Source: an uncultured bacterium
Lineage (GTDB): Bacteria; Patescibacteriota; Minisyncoccia; Phycocordibacterales; UBA9973
Assembly: GCA_903894565.1 (NCBI GenBank)
Contig: CAITQP010000003.1
Location: 1-39,214, forward strand
Length of the DNA stretch: 39,214 bases
Reading direction: 5' to 3'
This document shows, piece by piece, positions 38,012 through 39,214 of this stretch. The position numbers were made by a program, and so were the translations under genes. Position 1 is the first letter of the stretch; each line of letters starts with the position of its first letter. The notes under the pieces were generated by a model that was not told where the DNA came from, ran no database searches, and worked only from the letters and a program-made list of their open reading frames with translations.

Positions 38012-38401
38012 ATGGCATATTTTAAAAGGACCAACATTTTTCAAAGCATAGTCTTCTCCCGAGTCATGGCGCTCGTGGTTTTGCTTGCGATCGTATTTAT
38101 GGGCTTCGCTCTTTTTTCTATAGCAAATAAAAGCATAGAAGCTTCAAATGCACGCAAACTTGCCGAATCACAATCCATCGAGCTCAAACAAAAACAGCTT
38201 GATCTCAACAAGCAACTCACTGAACTCAATACGGCGAGTGGTCAGGAAGCTCTGCTCCGCGAACAATATCCTGTCGTCAAACCAGGGGAACATGTTGTAG
38301 TTATTACCGATACAGATTCGGGGAGTGCTGCCGTACCTCAAGCGGCTTCAGATGTTCCTCGCAATGGATTTTGGACTGTTCTTAAAGGTTATTTTAAATA
38401 A
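38012..38401 (+). CDS. ftsB: Septum formation initiator (FtsB/DivIC-like)
   Basis: Short cytoplasmic N-terminus, one TM, coiled coil, then GQEALLREQYPVVKPGEHVVVI motif. Start moved to ATG 38012. Confidence 0.7.
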   Translation: MAYFKRTNIFQSIVFSRVMALVVLLAIVFMGFALFSIANKSIEASNARKLAESQSIELKQKQLDLNKQLTELNTASGQEALLREQYPVVKPGEHVVVITDTDSGSAAVPQAASDVPRNGFWTVLKGYFK

Positions 38402-38489
38402 AAAATGTGCCCACTTTTTTGAGTGGCAATATATACATACCCGTGCTACGATTTCAGGATTAGTACTAGTACGTAGATAAAAGCCATAT

Positions 38490-39164
38490 ATGAAGCACCA
38501 GTCATTGTTTGAGAAAATGTCGGAGGTTATCGAAGAGAAGTCGATCCTTAAGCATCCCTTTTATGTGTGCTGGCAAAAAGGTCTTCTCACGAAGGCTGAA
38601 TTGCAGAAATATATGAAGCAGTACTATCATCTCGAGAGTGCATTTCCACGATTTCAGTCTAGCGTTCATGCAAATTGTGCTGATAGCGAAATGCGAAAAG
38701 TTATTTTGAAGGATTTGGTGAGCGAAGAAGGTCCCGCAACAAATCACGTTGATCAGCTCATCACATTTTCATCAGCACTCGGTGTCGACAAGGCAAGTCT
38801 CGAAAATACAGCTGCACATCAGAACACACTCGAAGCGATTGATACCATTCTCGGTCTTACGAGTAACAAGAATACAAACAGTGGATTCGCTGCGCTTGCA
38901 ACATACAAACAGCAAATCAAAGATGTTGCGGTGACTAAAGAAAGCGGACTGAAAGAATTTTATGGAATTGATTCGCCCGAAGCACTTCAGTTTTTCCGAA
39001 CGCATGCAAACAAGAATATTGCATGGCATGAATTGCTCGACTCGAGTGTTACCGAAGCAGACTATCAGACAGTGCTCGATTCGACTACCGCATTGTGTGA
39101 GGCATGGTGGCATTATCTCGACGGCGTGACGACGCAGGATATGCATATGCGTATGGCGTGCTAA
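38490..39164 (+). CDS. CADD/PqqC/TenA family (heme-oxygenase-like fold) protein, CADD-like with altered metal ligands
   Basis: ILKHPFYVCWQKGLLTK..LQKYMKQYY...AFPR, SEEGPATNH, ALGV, KESGLKEFYG, FFRTH. Confidence 0.85.
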   Translation: MKHQSLFEKMSEVIEEKSILKHPFYVCWQKGLLTKAELQKYMKQYYHLESAFPRFQSSVHANCADSEMRKVILKDLVSEEGPATNHVDQLITFSSALGVDKASLENTAAHQNTLEAIDTILGLTSNKNTNSGFAALATYKQQIKDVAVTKESGLKEFYGIDSPEALQFFRTHANKNIAWHELLDSSVTEADYQTVLDSTTALCEAWWHYLDGVTTQDMHMRMAC

Positions 39165-39214
39165 TATAGCAAGAGAGTCAGAAAAGAGCTTGAAACAAAA
39201 AAACCAGCCCTAGG

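Noticed and set aside
38463-38472. Palindrome GTACTAGTAC upstream of the CADD-like gene as an operator
   Set aside because: A single 10-bp palindrome with no second copy or regulator seen; could be chance.
139-39164. Genetic code 25 (UGA=Gly) recoding
   Set aside because: All conserved genes are full length under code 11 with no in-frame TGA.
39194-39214. Possible terminator half (A-tract + CCAGCCCTAGG)
   Set aside because: Cut by the window edge, so the second arm cannot be seen.

Overview
This window looks like chromosomal sequence from a small-genome, probably host-dependent bacterium. Gene content and families point to Patescibacteria/CPR (Parcubacteria-like), which is an inference. I call 28 CDSs, 24 on the + strand. 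Housekeeping genes are guaA, gdhA, a family-4 UDG, ndh, mscL, ychF, tsaC, leuS, murJ, lepA and an ftsB-like gene. Other genes are two tandem ABC exporters, a lamin-tail/PKD surface protein, a ~2,190-aa mosaic adhesin, an O-antigen-ligase/TPR protein and a CADD-like protein. There is also a cluster of two TraD/VirD4-like ATPases flanking two Cys-rich zinc-ribbon proteins. Two small ORFs are missing from the ORF track: a 54-aa Cys/His-rich protein and a 36-aa membrane peptide. I found no rRNA, tRNA, CRISPR array, integrase or transposase. The most notable signals are: (1) a dispersed ~70-120-nt structured repeat (1-71 and 37704-37825) with compensatory base changes; (2) the ATPase/zinc-ribbon cluster sharing a CxxC-x17-CxxC-type module; (3) -10 boxes placed 6-11 nt upstream of many start codons, including one palindromic bidirectional promoter; (4) no TGA stop among the 28 genes; (5) altered catalytic or metal sites in LeuRS (editing), the CADD homolog and UDG.
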